This document shows, piece by piece, positions 48,383 through 59,520 of a DNA stretch of 64,000 nucleotides. The position numbers were made by a program, and so were the translations under genes. The first letter of the stretch is position 1. Each line of letters starts with the position of its first letter. This DNA is from Cladosporium halotolerans (lineage: Eukaryota). Below the pieces are notes generated by a model, which worked only from the letters and a program-made list of their open reading frames with translations, was not told the origin of the DNA and made no database searches. Where the stretch lies: NCBI RefSeq assembly GCF_011745625.1, contig NW_027191458.1:62001-126000 (forward strand), in the 5' to 3' direction.

Positions 48383-49435
48383 ATGGATCAATTGCAGAAA
48401 GATTACCCTTGGACTCACGCGCCACTCATTGTTGGGGCGCCCATGCGCCTCATTGCCCTCTCAAAATTGGCATGTGAAATCTCTAATGCAGGCGGACTGG
48501 GCTACATCGGTGCTGGCAGCGATGCGTCAACGCTTGAACATGAGCTACAACAAGGCAAACTGTCACTAAGAGGACCATCTGCCAACGACACCCTTCCAGT
48601 AGGCGTGGGCTTCCTCTTGTGGGCTGGAGAAAAGCTGCTGCAAGAATCACTTCCGATCTTGGAACGTCACAAGCCAGCGGCAATCTGGTTGTTTGCACCG
48701 GAGAAGCCCGACCAACTGAAGCGCTGGACGCAGGAGTGTAGACGAGTGACGAGCAGCAAAAGCAAAATCTGGATTCAAATTGGAACTGTAAACGAAGCTT
48801 TAGAGGCCGTCAGGTTATGCCAACCAGACGTTCTAGTCGTGCAAGGAACCGATGCCGGCGGACACGGCCTTGAAGATTGCGCCGGTCTGATGAGTCTCTT
48901 GCCGGAAGTTGACGACGCGGTTTCCTCTGACTGCGCTGCGCAAAACGTGCCAAAGCCAGTCCTGATAGCTGCAGGAGGAATCATGGACGGCCGCGGCGTA
49001 GCAGCCTCGCTGTCCCTTGGTGCCTCAGGAGTGGTGATGGGAACTCGCTACCTTGCCTGCCCAGAGAGCAATATTGCAAAGGGCTACCAGGACGCGGTCA
49101 TCAACGCAAGAGACGGCGGCGTCAACACTGCTAGAGGCAAGCTCTACGATTCTCTACGAGGCACCACCGACTGGCCAGCACACTATGGTGGACGCAGTGT
49201 TTTGAACGAAAGCTGGCACGACGCTGCAAAGGGCATGAGTTTCGAGGAAAATAAGCGCTTGTACGATGATGCATTGCAGCTTGGCGACGATGGCTGGGGC
49301 GAGAAAGCGAGGCTTACCACTTATGCCGGGACAGGCGTTGGACTGGTCAAAGAGGTCATAGCTGCCGCAGATGTTACCAGGGAGGTCAGGGAAGAAGGCA
49401 TTCGCATCATTAAACGAGCTCGTAGTCTTTTGTAA
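48383..49435 (+). CDS. Nitronate monooxygenase / 2-nitropropane dioxygenase-like FMN oxidoreductase (start could be 48341 or 48365)
   Basis: Motifs PLIVGAPM, AGGLGYIG, VVQGTDAGGHG, IAAGGIMDGRGVAA.L.LGASGVVMGTRY and YAGTGVG. Confidence 0.9.
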   Translation: MDQLQKDYPWTHAPLIVGAPMRLIALSKLACEISNAGGLGYIGAGSDASTLEHELQQGKLSLRGPSANDTLPVGVGFLLWAGEKLLQESLPILERHKPAAIWLFAPEKPDQLKRWTQECRRVTSSKSKIWIQIGTVNEALEAVRLCQPDVLVVQGTDAGGHGLEDCAGLMSLLPEVDDAVSSDCAAQNVPKPVLIAAGGIMDGRGVAASLSLGASGVVMGTRYLACPESNIAKGYQDAVINARDGGVNTARGKLYDSLRGTTDWPAHYGGRSVLNESWHDAAKGMSFEENKRLYDDALQLGDDGWGEKARLTTYAGTGVGLVKEVIAAADVTREVREEGIRIIKRARSLL

Positions 49436-50023
49436 TAGCGCCATGTTGGCATTTCGCGTACGCCCTCACGCCAGATCCTGCCGGATATATTGAGTCGGAT
49501 GGGGCCATGGCGCTGATGATGGTTTGTACCCAATGAGCTCGCTGATTCCACGCCATGATCAAAACGTATTGACTCGGGAATCCATTGTCAGCGAAAAAGG
49601 CGCTCCGGTAAGAAAGAAAGATTCGAACGCAGGCTTATCAGAGAATAACAACACAATACCAATACCCTCACGTACGATACGTACAATCACTCAGTCAACC
49701 AGTCCTCTCATCCTCTCCCTGCCTCTTGCACCCACTCCATGCAAACACCAAACCCATTTCTCACCAGACGTGGCACAATTGAGAAAGAAAAGGAAAAGAG
49801 CGACAGCGATCTCACAGCGAATTAATCAATTGTATACCCAACCCGATCCCGATCCAACCTATCCGGCCTGTCCGTATCCTAGTCTCATTCCCCATGCCTG
49901 ATCCAACAAGAAAAATACTAGGGAACGAAAATGATCAAAAATGAGAATGATAGAATGAAAGTAAAACCTCTGTCAACAGTGTGCGCTCTCTCTAGGAGAG
50001 GAGTAAAAATTATCTCTTCGAAC

Positions 50024-50071
50024 AAAAAAAAAAAAAAGAGAAAAGGAGAGGTTATTGTTGTTGTTGTTGTT
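50024..50071. repeat. Poly-A run followed by a (GTT)n microsatellite downstream of the TBC gene
   Basis: An A-run of about 14 nt and a TTG/GTT array are visible. Confidence 0.7.
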
Positions 50072-50457
50072 CAGCCGTGGCAGGCGTGTCCGAACCAAGC
50101 GGAGCGAGGCAGCTGGCGCCTCGGAGCTCGAGCTTGGCTGGCAAGTGGTTGTGGTTGATTCATTAGTTGAGGAGGTCCGTCGAAGCCAGATCTTCCGCTT
50201 CTCGCTATCCAAGAGGAGTCAAGTCAGGGGCTGGATCGTCTGGCTCGCGGACCCTCGTATCGTGTGATTCGCCGTCTCAGTATGTGCGTGTGTGCATGCG
50301 TATGTGCTGTTTCTGTCAGATTCGTTGTGGTGTGTCCGCGCCGGCGCTCGTCGCTGTCTCCGTCTAACCGCGTGTGCGTCCTGCGTGTGCATATTCTCTA
50401 CTCCACCCGGGAGCCGCATCTATTCATCTCCAATTCAATTGGACCTTTCTGACGAGC

Positions 50458-53085
50458 TCAGCTCTTCCTCCTCCCACCATCAACCTTGCCCGCCTCCCTA
50501 ACAGCCGCGACAAACTCCTCCTCGGACCCCAACTCCCACCTCCCCTCGAAACCCCAGCCGAGCAAATCGAGCACCTCGTCGCGGCCGCCGTAGAGCTTCG
50601 GCTCAAGCTTGGCCAGGATCGCGACAGCGGCGCGCACGAGGGCTTTGTCGCCTTCGAAAGCGTACAGGTCCCAGACGCGAGCCGCGAGGGCGGGCGGGAG
50701 GTTGTACGCGAACAAGGTGCGGAAGAGGGGGTCCAGGAGGTCGGAAGGCGTGAGGCCGAGAGCGGGGGAGGTGAGGTGGGCGTGGAGGGTGGGGGATTTG
50801 TATTTGAGGGTTGTGAGGACGAGGTCGTGGGAGCGGGCCATGGCGGCCTGGTCGTGGATGAGGAAGGCGAGGGGCGTGGGGCGGTTGAGGAGGTTGGCGA
50901 GGGCGACGAAGGCGGTGGCGGGCTCGGAAGGCGGGATGTGCAGGCACAGGAGGCCAGCGATCAAGTGCGTGCCGTAGACGTAGCCGACGTCGGAGCGGTA
51001 GAGAGCGTAGGCTTTGAGGACGTTGGAGAGGGTTTGCTGAGCGGGAGAGGGAGGAGAGCAGTTGAAGAGGCCTAGGTCGGGGAGAACGGCGGGGACGTCG
51101 CGAGCGATTGCGTCGAGCCAGGCGGCTTCCTTGGATTTGGCGCGCTCTTCAGAGGGCAGGGCATCGAGGCGAGTTTCGATTTGCTGAGCGCGAGCAAGAG
51201 CAGCGGTGTACGAAGATGCCGACAGCGAAAGGTCGTTTCCAATAGCTTTAGGCCAGACAAGACCACGAGCGCTGGGAGTGACACCTCGCCACCAGAGCTC
51301 GCGGGTTCGCGGCTCGTTGATCACCGCATCCCAATTGGGCAGCACATGCTGCTCCCAAATGCGGGCTATGCTGCCGTCCATCTCCGTCTTGTTCTCCTTC
51401 GCCGCCTTCTCCTTGACCGCGCGCTTCTTATCCGCTTCAGCAGCGCGCGCCATCATCTGCTCCCACTCCTTCATGTGCTTCTTCTCCTCCTTCTGGCACT
51501 TGGGCGGCAGCCATGAAGGGCGGGTGCGAGTGAGCACAGCCTCCTTCTCCTTGCTGACAGGCAGCGGATCGATCATGATGTTTCCCTTCTGAATGGGCGG
51601 CATCTCCGCAAGGCTGACGGTCGTCCTGCTCTTCTGAATGCTGTTCCGAGGCGGGCTGTTCGACGCGCTACCGGGCGCAGATCGCAGCTTCTCCGCAGAC
51701 CGTCGCTCAGCGTACTCCTCGAGCTTGGCCGAGAGTTGGCGAGCCTCTTCGTTGAGATCGTCAGTCCAGGACTTGGAGCGCTGCGGCCTGCCGAAAGGCT
51801 TTGGCGGGAAAGCGTGAACGGTCGCGCTGTGAGGCATCTTAGGCCTGGGGTGTTTGGGAGAGCGAGGGGACCGGCTGAGAGGGCCGTGTGGCCGCTTAGC
51901 ATTCTTGGGCACATTGGCAGAGTGCAGTGATGAATGCGCGCCGACCGGGGGCAGATTGTTGTACGAGGGCTGCCGTTGCGGGCTAGGCGTGCGGCTTACT
52001 CGTGACTGGCCGGGTACGGGTGTGAAAGGGACGTTTTCCAGAATGGCCTCGTCCGGGACCTCTTCGTCCAGATCGTCGTATTCCGCTTCGAGCTGCTTGA
52101 CCGTCTTCCTGCCAGGCTGCCACGAGCTCCTCCTGGCCGTGAGGCCACTTTCCTGTGACACCTTCGGTGTAGGAACATCGGGCGACAGAGGAGATGACAT
52201 TAAGCCCTTGGCAGGCGAGGGTGATCGTGAAGAATCTCTGCGTCCTCCCATGGCGTAAGACGACGATGAAGGGCTGGTGAATCCCCTGCGCATGCCACGT
52301 CCCAAAGTCTGGCTGCGCGGGTCTCCCGCGGCAACCTGCAGGCCCGGGTAGCCCCTTGCATTGCCGCTCTTGACGTCTCTTCTCTCAGCAGGCCGGGATG
52401 CGCCATTGCGCTTCGCAACCTCCAGGTTCTCGGTCGTCCGCGGTGGCCTCTTCAGTGTCGGTCTGCTTTCAGGCTTCAAGTTGCAGTCTTCCACGGAATC
52501 CCGTCCGGTCTCCTCAAGGGTGATGTCTTCAAAGTTGGCCAGCTTCTCCGTGCTCGCATCGTCGAGAGACAATGACCGGCACGAAGAGGAACTGCTCTTC
52601 GAGCTCTTGCTGTAGCTCAACTCCGGCGGCGAGCTCGGAGCCGTTTCGACAATGGGCTCCTCCGCAATCATGATGCTGTGTGCCCGCTCGGCGGGTGTTC
52701 GGTACGCCATGCTTCTCCTGCGTCGGCCTCGCGCGGCGAGCGGCTTGACGGTGGTCTTGGGTACGCTGACGCTCTGCACGGCGTGCTTGCCGGCTCCAAA
52801 TCCGCTCCAAACGGTGGTCGAGAACAGGTCCGAGTTCAAGAGCGAGCGCAAGTATTCATGTCGTGATTCCTGGGCGTGGCGGAAGCGGTGGGCGGAAGGC
52901 AGGCGGGAGTCGTGGAGGGAGCGGTCGACGAAGGCCAGGTCGGGGTGGTATTGGTAGTAGTAGTGGTGATGGTCGTGGGCAGTGCGGTCGTTGCCAGGGA
53001 CGAGTTGCAGGCCGTCTTCCGAGTCGAAGTCGAGGCCTTGGACATGGGTAGGAATTGGACGGCGAGCCGGGGCCAGGTGCGCCAT
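50458..53085 (-). CDS. TBC (Rab-GAP fold) domain protein of the TBC1D12/14-like fungal family with a long disordered N-terminus; exact start uncertain
   Basis: Motifs DPLPVSKEKEAVLTRTRPSWLPPK, RTRELWWRGV, LKAYALYRSDVGYVYG and ARVWDLYAFEGD. Confidence 0.85.
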   Translation of the reverse strand: MAHLAPARRPIPTHVQGLDFDSEDGLQLVPGNDRTAHDHHHYYYQYHPDLAFVDRSLHDSRLPSAHRFRHAQESRHEYLRSLLNSDLFSTTVWSGFGAGKHAVQSVSVPKTTVKPLAARGRRRRSMAYRTPAERAHSIMIAEEPIVETAPSSPPELSYSKSSKSSSSSCRSLSLDDASTEKLANFEDITLEETGRDSVEDCNLKPESRPTLKRPPRTTENLEVAKRNGASRPAERRDVKSGNARGYPGLQVAAGDPRSQTLGRGMRRGFTSPSSSSYAMGGRRDSSRSPSPAKGLMSSPLSPDVPTPKVSQESGLTARRSSWQPGRKTVKQLEAEYDDLDEEVPDEAILENVPFTPVPGQSRVSRTPSPQRQPSYNNLPPVGAHSSLHSANVPKNAKRPHGPLSRSPRSPKHPRPKMPHSATVHAFPPKPFGRPQRSKSWTDDLNEEARQLSAKLEEYAERRSAEKLRSAPGSASNSPPRNSIQKSRTTVSLAEMPPIQKGNIMIDPLPVSKEKEAVLTRTRPSWLPPKCQKEEKKHMKEWEQMMARAAEADKKRAVKEKAAKENKTEMDGSIARIWEQHVLPNWDAVINEPRTRELWWRGVTPSARGLVWPKAIGNDLSLSASSYTAALARAQQIETRLDALPSEERAKSKEAAWLDAIARDVPAVLPDLGLFNCSPPSPAQQTLSNVLKAYALYRSDVGYVYGTHLIAGLLCLHIPPSEPATAFVALANLLNRPTPLAFLIHDQAAMARSHDLVLTTLKYKSPTLHAHLTSPALGLTPSDLLDPLFRTLFAYNLPPALAARVWDLYAFEGDKALVRAAVAILAKLEPKLYGGRDEVLDLLGWGFEGRWELGSEEEFVAAVREAGKVDGGRRKS

Positions 53086-53763
53086 GAGAGGCAGAGGGTG
53101 CAGTAGGTGCGCGCGACCGTTCGGTGGAGGCAGACCGGGGGGGTGGGCGCTAGCTTATGTCTGCCGTCCTGGCCGTCCTCCACTTTGATGAGGTGAAGCT
53201 TCAGACAGGGGCGCCGTCGGCCGGCCTAGCGCAGCGGCGTGCCCGCCAGGGGAAGGAGAGCGCGCGGCGGCCAATCAGCGCGGGCGGCGCTGCGGCTGGC
53301 GTTGAGTCGGGGGAGGATTATCTTTTGGTCGAGACTCGTGCACGGTTAGGAGGGTGAGAGCCTGAGGGAGGAAGAGTTGTTCCGGTATTGCATGAGGTGA
53401 GGTGTGGATGGGGAGCGTGGACAAGAGACAGCAGGCATTGAGGGGGTAGCAGTCAGATAAGACACCGCCAAAGGCAATCCATCATCATCAGACGGACTCG
53501 AGCGGGCGGCATGGACGAGCTAAAGGTACAGCTCCCAGCAGGCAGAGCTGCCGTGCATGAGCGCATACATGCAGGCATGCGCGCATTGTCTGCCACTACG
53601 CCGTGCGCGGTAACCACCACCACGAGTACAGCTCTGCTTGTATGTACGTACCGTACCTTATCATTGCATTCGTGCATGCCGGCTGCCCATCCCTACCAGC
53701 CCCATCTCCACGTCCAAACCCAAAACCTTCAAGTTCCACCGCATGACATGTAGGACGGTAGTA

Positions 53764-53789
53764 CATACAATTATCACATACAATTATCA
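53764..53789. repeat. 13-bp tandem duplication CATACAATTATCA x2
   Basis: Read directly from the sequence. Confidence 0.8.
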
Positions 53790-54056
53790 CAATCTACAGT
53801 TACAATTCACCTAGACCTTCTCTCACAAAGCAAGCACCCGTCCGTCGACAGCCGCCTCGTCCAACATCCAAGCACCGACGCAAGAAAAACGGCTCGCAGC
53901 CTCTCTCGTCACCGCCGTCACTGCGCACCCGCACCGCCGCCAACACAACACACCGTCAGGCGCGCTAGACGCCGCCGCCGCCCGAGCGGCTGGGGAGGAA
54001 CAGCAAGCAGGGCAGAGCAAGGCAGCCAGCCGGCTGCGCGCGCGCCATGAAACGCG

Positions 54057-54076
54057 GAGAGAGAGAGAGAGAGAGA
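54057..54076. repeat. (GA)n microsatellite
   Basis: About ten uninterrupted GA units. Confidence 0.85.
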
Positions 54077-54909
54077 GGCGCCGGACATCCCCTTCGCGAG
54101 ATAAAAATGCGAAGGCTGGGAGACACGCCATGCTCACGTTTTTTTCCCGCGCTGCTCGTCCGTCCGGTCTTATGATCTGACGCGGTGATAATACCTAGGT
54201 AGTTCCCCACAGGAGCAGCGCAGCAGGCGCAGATCGCAGTTCCCACAACGGCCGATTGCGTCGTGGTTTTGCGTGGCCGTGTCGATGCGGCACTACTAGG
54301 TAGGCAGGAATCGACGGGCTGGCAGAACAGAGCAGCGCAGGTGAGCCGTGGGCATGGCCGTCGTTGTCTGGGTCGGAATGTCACTGCTACTGTAGCGCTA
54401 TTTTCTCTTCTCTTGTTTTCCGTGCGGGCGCCTGTCTGCCTTGCCTTGCCTCGCCTTACGACCCCGAGCCTCAACCGCCCACGGGCTGGCTCGCGCAGGA
54501 TCAGAATCGGGCTGGCCGGCGATTGATTTCTTTCGCGCGAGCTTATCTGCTTTGGTCCAGATGCTTTGGCGGTGTACCGTCAAAAGACGAAAAGATCTTC
54601 TTATCGCGAATCGCACGATGCGGCTGCAGCTACAGTACGTAGTACCGTCCAACAATCCCATGTTTCCCAAACCCGCAATTCAAGGCGGTGCAGTTGCAGA
54701 TCGCTCACGACAGCACATGTCCACTCTCGACCAAAAAAAGCAGGGAAGATGCTCGCTCTCTCCGCTCCTTGTAGGTAATCCGCGACGACGCAATCTGCAC
54801 ATCATCCCGCATCTGTCTGTCTGCCCTTCCCCGCGCCTCTGCTGTAGTGTGTACTCGCCATCTATTTTGCTATTATTGTTGTTCTTTTACGAATCACACG
54901 GCACAGCCC

Positions 54910-57900
54910 TCACGTCAACGATCTCGCCGACCCGCGCCCCAGCACCGGCGGCTTCCTAACATCCCTCCTGGCCATCTGCGCCTCCAACCAAGCGAGCAAA
55001 TCGCCAAACCCCGTCTGGCGCCTGCGGAACACCGCTCTGAAAGCCGAGCACGCGAGCCTGCATCCCGTTCATAATCCGTCAGCCAAAGCTCCGATATAAT
55101 AAGCAGTCTCCACCTGGGAAATTTCCCACAACAATAACATCGCCCGCACGCGAAATTGGCCGCCCGGCGGACGCCGGATGTCCTGCTTTGCGCTGCGTGC
55201 GCTGCGCGCGCGGGCCAGCGAGCGATGATCCCGTGGCGCAAGCGTGGCGTCCACTAGCAGTCCGGCTGTTGAAACGGCGGGCGCTGGGTGGGGGCGCGGC
55301 GCAGAGGCTTTGACGCTTGCGCTGGACTGGGCGGGAGAGCGCGGGAATCGCGATCTTTGGGAGATCGTCGCGCAGGACGTGGGAAATGGCGGGACGAGGC
55401 TCGGGTTTTTTTGGTTGTGATGGGGAATGATGATGGTGACGGACTGGGTGAGGTGAGGTAGGCAACGGGAAATCGACTTACCATCGTGTCTGCGAGTCGG
55501 CGACGGCGCACTCGAACGGCACGCCGCTCTTGGACGCCTTGCGGCGTCTGGTGAGGCCACAGGCTAGCTTGATGAGGTCGTCGAGTGTTCCTGTCAATGT
55601 TAGAGACCCGAGTCAGCAAGGTCCTTGGATGTCGTGCCCTGTTTCTGACCCCGCGGGTATGCTTGCCCAACATGTGGTTGTCAAGACGTGCCGAATCAAC
55701 TCTAACCTGCTAGTCGAGCTCTCCAAATCCTGCATTCGGAGCGCAGCCCGGTCTCCAATGGACAGGCGAGCCTCACGCCACCTGCAGGCTGAAGCTGCAT
55801 GCCGCAAGCAGCTAGGCAGGAATACGGTGGTTGAGCAAGCTAGGGATTAGGACTTACTTATGATGAGCTTACTGCTAGGCTGCTTTTTGTGAGGCAGAGC
55901 CTTAATGTACGAGTAGCTCTTATGTGCCACTTCGTTGAAGGCTTGGTACAAGTTGGTGAGGACTGTCGCCAGCGAGTTGAAGTTCGTCGATAGGTGCATT
56001 GCGCGCATGTGTAACTTCAACGCATTAAGGGTCTTTCTGTAGAACGATTGGCCTTGTAGTTTGGAGTATTCCACCGTCACTGAGTCGCGGACGCTGACTG
56101 TTTGGCGGCGCGCTGTGTCCTTGGCCAGGTCCAGAGTAACGGTATTGATGGCGTTGCCGCAATATGGGAAGTCTGTCTGGGCTGGTAGTCGATCGATCGG
56201 AATGCCCTCAACGTCGATGTCGAAGTTGGCTTTGCTCTTATCACTCTTCACCTGCACTCCAAACTCCGGTAGACCGCTGTGCATAGTTCGAAGGAACTTT
56301 TCAGCAACATTCCGATCTGTAGTAATGACGAGGAAGTCGTCAATGAGTCTCAGAAGTGTGCTATTCTTATTGTTGACGAAGCCAAGAGCGGTCCTTTCAA
56401 GCTCAGCGTAGAAATAGCTGCACAACAAACTCGAAACGATCGAGCCTTGTGGGATGCCTTCTTTCTGTCGATAGAAGCGATTGCCCATTTTGATAATGTT
56501 GGATTCGACGTGCTCATGCAAGAGGTCCAGGATTGCTTTTCGTTGCTCACATCGTTGCAGTACTCCGCCTACATATGCTGTCCGAGTTCGACCTGTCGTA
56601 GAATCAGATTGGATCTCGACATCCAGATCAATCCCAGCACCATCGCTTGTCGCTTTTGTGAGGAACTTCCAAGTTGGTCTCGCCCCAAATCCCGGAGTCT
56701 CTTGGTTGTGGCCGCCCAACAGCTTCGCACGAGCATACTTAGACAAGCGATACTCGTCAGCTGAGAGGATTTCCCCCGCCAGTCGAAGCAGTTTCTTCTG
56801 GGGTATTGTATCGAAGCAGGATTTCACATCAACTTTGGCGAAATAGAGAGGCTTTGAAGACAGTCCTCGATCTTTCAGAGATGCTCGGAATTGTTGCAGG
56901 CGTAGAAAGATATCTTCAATCGAGAACACGGCCGATCCGAGCATTTCCGTGCGCATGCCTCGCTCGTAATTCAGAATGCTGAACGCAGGCGTCAGCACGC
57001 TGTTTATGCTTCTGCCTAGCACTACATTTCCATGCTGCTGTCGTTGGATACGGCGACGAAGGTTGACAATGGGACGCATGCCATGGTTCTTTGGTAGTAA
57101 GCGTACTTTGCTGACACCTAGAGCGCGCTGTGTCATGACTCTCTGCAGTTCTGCTGGCCTGCATTCCTCGAACATGTTCAGTCTGAGAGTGTCGAGTGCA
57201 GGTTCGGACATCACTTTCCAGACATCGTGTCGGAAATAGAAGACTTGACCACGATGAGCTCCGGATTCTGTCACATAGAAGTGGCTCCTTATGAGCGGCA
57301 TGAGGTATGAGTCGAAGAGATAGTAGAGGAACTCCGCCATGATGTCTTTGCGGGTGTCAAAATCAGACCTGCTCATTCTAGCTCCCTTTTCTGCTTTTTG
57401 TGGCACCAGCCATTGGATGTCGCTCAAAGACAGCCCGTGTACCAGATCATGCATGCTGAGAGTCTCGTAGCGACGGAGGTGGATGAAGCGGTCAACGCAG
57501 TTCATTAAAAGGCGAAAATTGTTCGACTTGACTCCACCATCGCCGAAGGCATCTGGAGGGAATACGTTCTGGATCGCTGCTCGGCAGAAAGCAGACACTT
57601 GAGCGCATGTCGAAGCATGTCTAAAAGTGTTCATCTCATCAATCTGGTCTTTGGGTAAACGTGGGCAGTAGTTATCTAGCAACGCCTTGTAGGAGCACCG
57701 GGTGTGCCTTTTCCGTAAGCGTTTCACCATGTCGAATGGCAGTCCGCGCAATCTCCTGGGTATCTTGTCTTCCGGTAAGGGAGGCTTTCCAGGCCGGTAT
57801 TTGCGTTGAGCTCGCGACCTTGCAATTTCTTGCTCGCGTGACGTGTAATCCATGAAAGGTTGCGAGGTGTCTCGCAGGTCTGTCAGAGACGTAAAAACGT

Positions 57901-58982
57901 TGTGCAGGCCGAATTGCCGTGGGAAAATGTACTTCATCACGTGGATGGTCTCGGCGGTGTTCTCGATGTCACGACAACGGCTCAACACATGCATGTGACT
58001 CAGGCCAGCGCGAACATGACCAGACGCTTTGACAGAGGGCCTAGCGTAGAGCATCCTATGTCGAAGTAAGCGTACATCCGTAGTCCCACGATTTGACTGC
58101 ATTTTCGATGGGTGGCTTGAGCGATCACCAGAATCATGTTGAGCTGAATTTTTGGGATCCTTGACTCCAGATTTGAGGTCGCTGAGTGGGACGCCGCATA
58201 TTTGTTTAACGTTGCTACTATCAGCTACTGGACGGTACAAGCCACAGTCCATGAGCATCTCGCTCAATATGCGTTCAGAACCTCGCCCGAGCAGCTCCGG
58301 CAAACTAGTCCAAGCATGATTTTTGACCTCGGGGACGAATGGGTTCGTCGCGATAGAGTAGACGCCGGGTATTCCAGGTACTGCTTGAGCCTCTATGCCA
58401 TTGGCACCGCCGGATGATCGCTGAAAGCCGTGGCACAGAAGATGTGGCGGACGGTAAGAGCCAATATAACGCTTGAATAAAGACCAAATGGTGAAATTCA
58501 CGATCTGCAGCGTGTCAGCTCCAATGAAATAATAAGTATCGTCCCAATGAATGATCGAGGTGGAACTAAAAGAAAAGGAAGGTATATGAGACTCCTACCT
58601 CAGACTGCCTTAATTGCCCTACGCTAGGGCTTACAGAGATGTCCGTCTCCGACACCTGTTGGGTAAACACAGATATGTCCTGGTCAAGCTGTTCGAGCTC
58701 TTGGGTCGAAACATGCTTCGCTGTCCCAACCAGTGTCGAATCCAGGAGGTGCACAACGTCATTTTCAACGAGAATACTGTTGTCCTTCTCAGGCTGAAGA
58801 CCATAATGAAGCAGCCTCCTGCGGCGCTTCTTCGATGACTTGGGCAACCGTGAGATAAGATATGTTCGCAAGCTGTGAACCTCTTGGTAGTAACATTGTA
58901 GCAGCGGCACGACAGGGTGTCGATCAGTTCGCTGCCTTTTGTTCGAGTTGCTCTCGTCACGAGACTTGCGCTTGCGCTTCAT
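54910..58982 (-). CDS. TERT: Telomerase reverse transcriptase (~1095 aa); exons 58982-58599, 58504-55858, 55590-55482, 55057-54910
   Basis: QFP motif (YIFPRQFGLHNVF), T motif (FYVTE...YFRHDVW), motifs 1/2 (RLLPK, RPI), A (KVDVKSCFD), B' (GIPQGS), C (LRLIDDFL) and E (YCG). Two extra 3' exons give an in-frame C-terminal extension ...IIRTLDDLIKLA...TRWLACSAFRAVFRRRQTGF...SLT*. All splice sites are canonical. Confidence 0.95.
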
Positions 58983-59520
58983 CGCTGAAGCAGTGGGTCG
59001 CTACCGGAACCGCTAGGACTTCATGAGCAGCGATCAGCGAAGACTCTGGCCGAGTCCGTCTTTGACCAAGATCAAGGAGTGTACTTGTGTCGAACAGTAA
59101 GGCTGTAGCGACGTTGGTAAGCCAGGCACGCGTCGCGCGTCGTTCCTTGACGCGACGCGAGCAGTCGGGATCTTGAAGCACCCGAACGCCGACAAACACC
59201 GAGCTTCAGTCGTGGCAGCAGTCGCTGAGTAATCGCTCTTGCAGCTCCTCTCGCCCCTCGCTTGCCAGGAATGGGCAACGTCGACGAGCTCGGTTGTATC
59301 AAAGATCACCTGACGTCTTGAGGATAGTGATACCAAGCGAATAGTACTTGACTCTAGTCAAAACGAAGGGAAAGCGTTGCCTGACCATCATAGCCCCGCT
59401 CGAGAACTTACATTGCTAAGAACAACGTCACTGGCTCGCGAAGAGCGAAGCATCTTGCGAGGAGAGATTTAAGTACGAGCATCATTCCGCCTTTCACTTC
59501 CAAGACATCGAGACGGCCAT

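Noticed and set aside
53100..54900. Possible gene or telomerase RNA between the TBC gene and TERT
   Set aside because: Only short biased ORFs and simple repeats, with no template sequence; consistent with promoter/UTR DNA.
55838..55852. CCTAATCCCTAG at the start of TERT intron 2, resembling a telomere template
   Set aside because: Imperfect match to CTAACCCTAA with no pseudoknot U/A tracts nearby; probably chance.
55847..58501. Reverse transcriptase as evidence of a retroelement
   Set aside because: The T and QFP motifs and the intron structure identify cellular TERT. No LTRs, gag or endonuclease are present.
39050..58982. Clustering of genome-maintenance genes (PCH2, RAD28, HEL2, RPB11, TERT) as a functional system
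   Set aside because: They are interspersed with unrelated genes, and housekeeping neighbours in compact fungal genomes are expected by chance.
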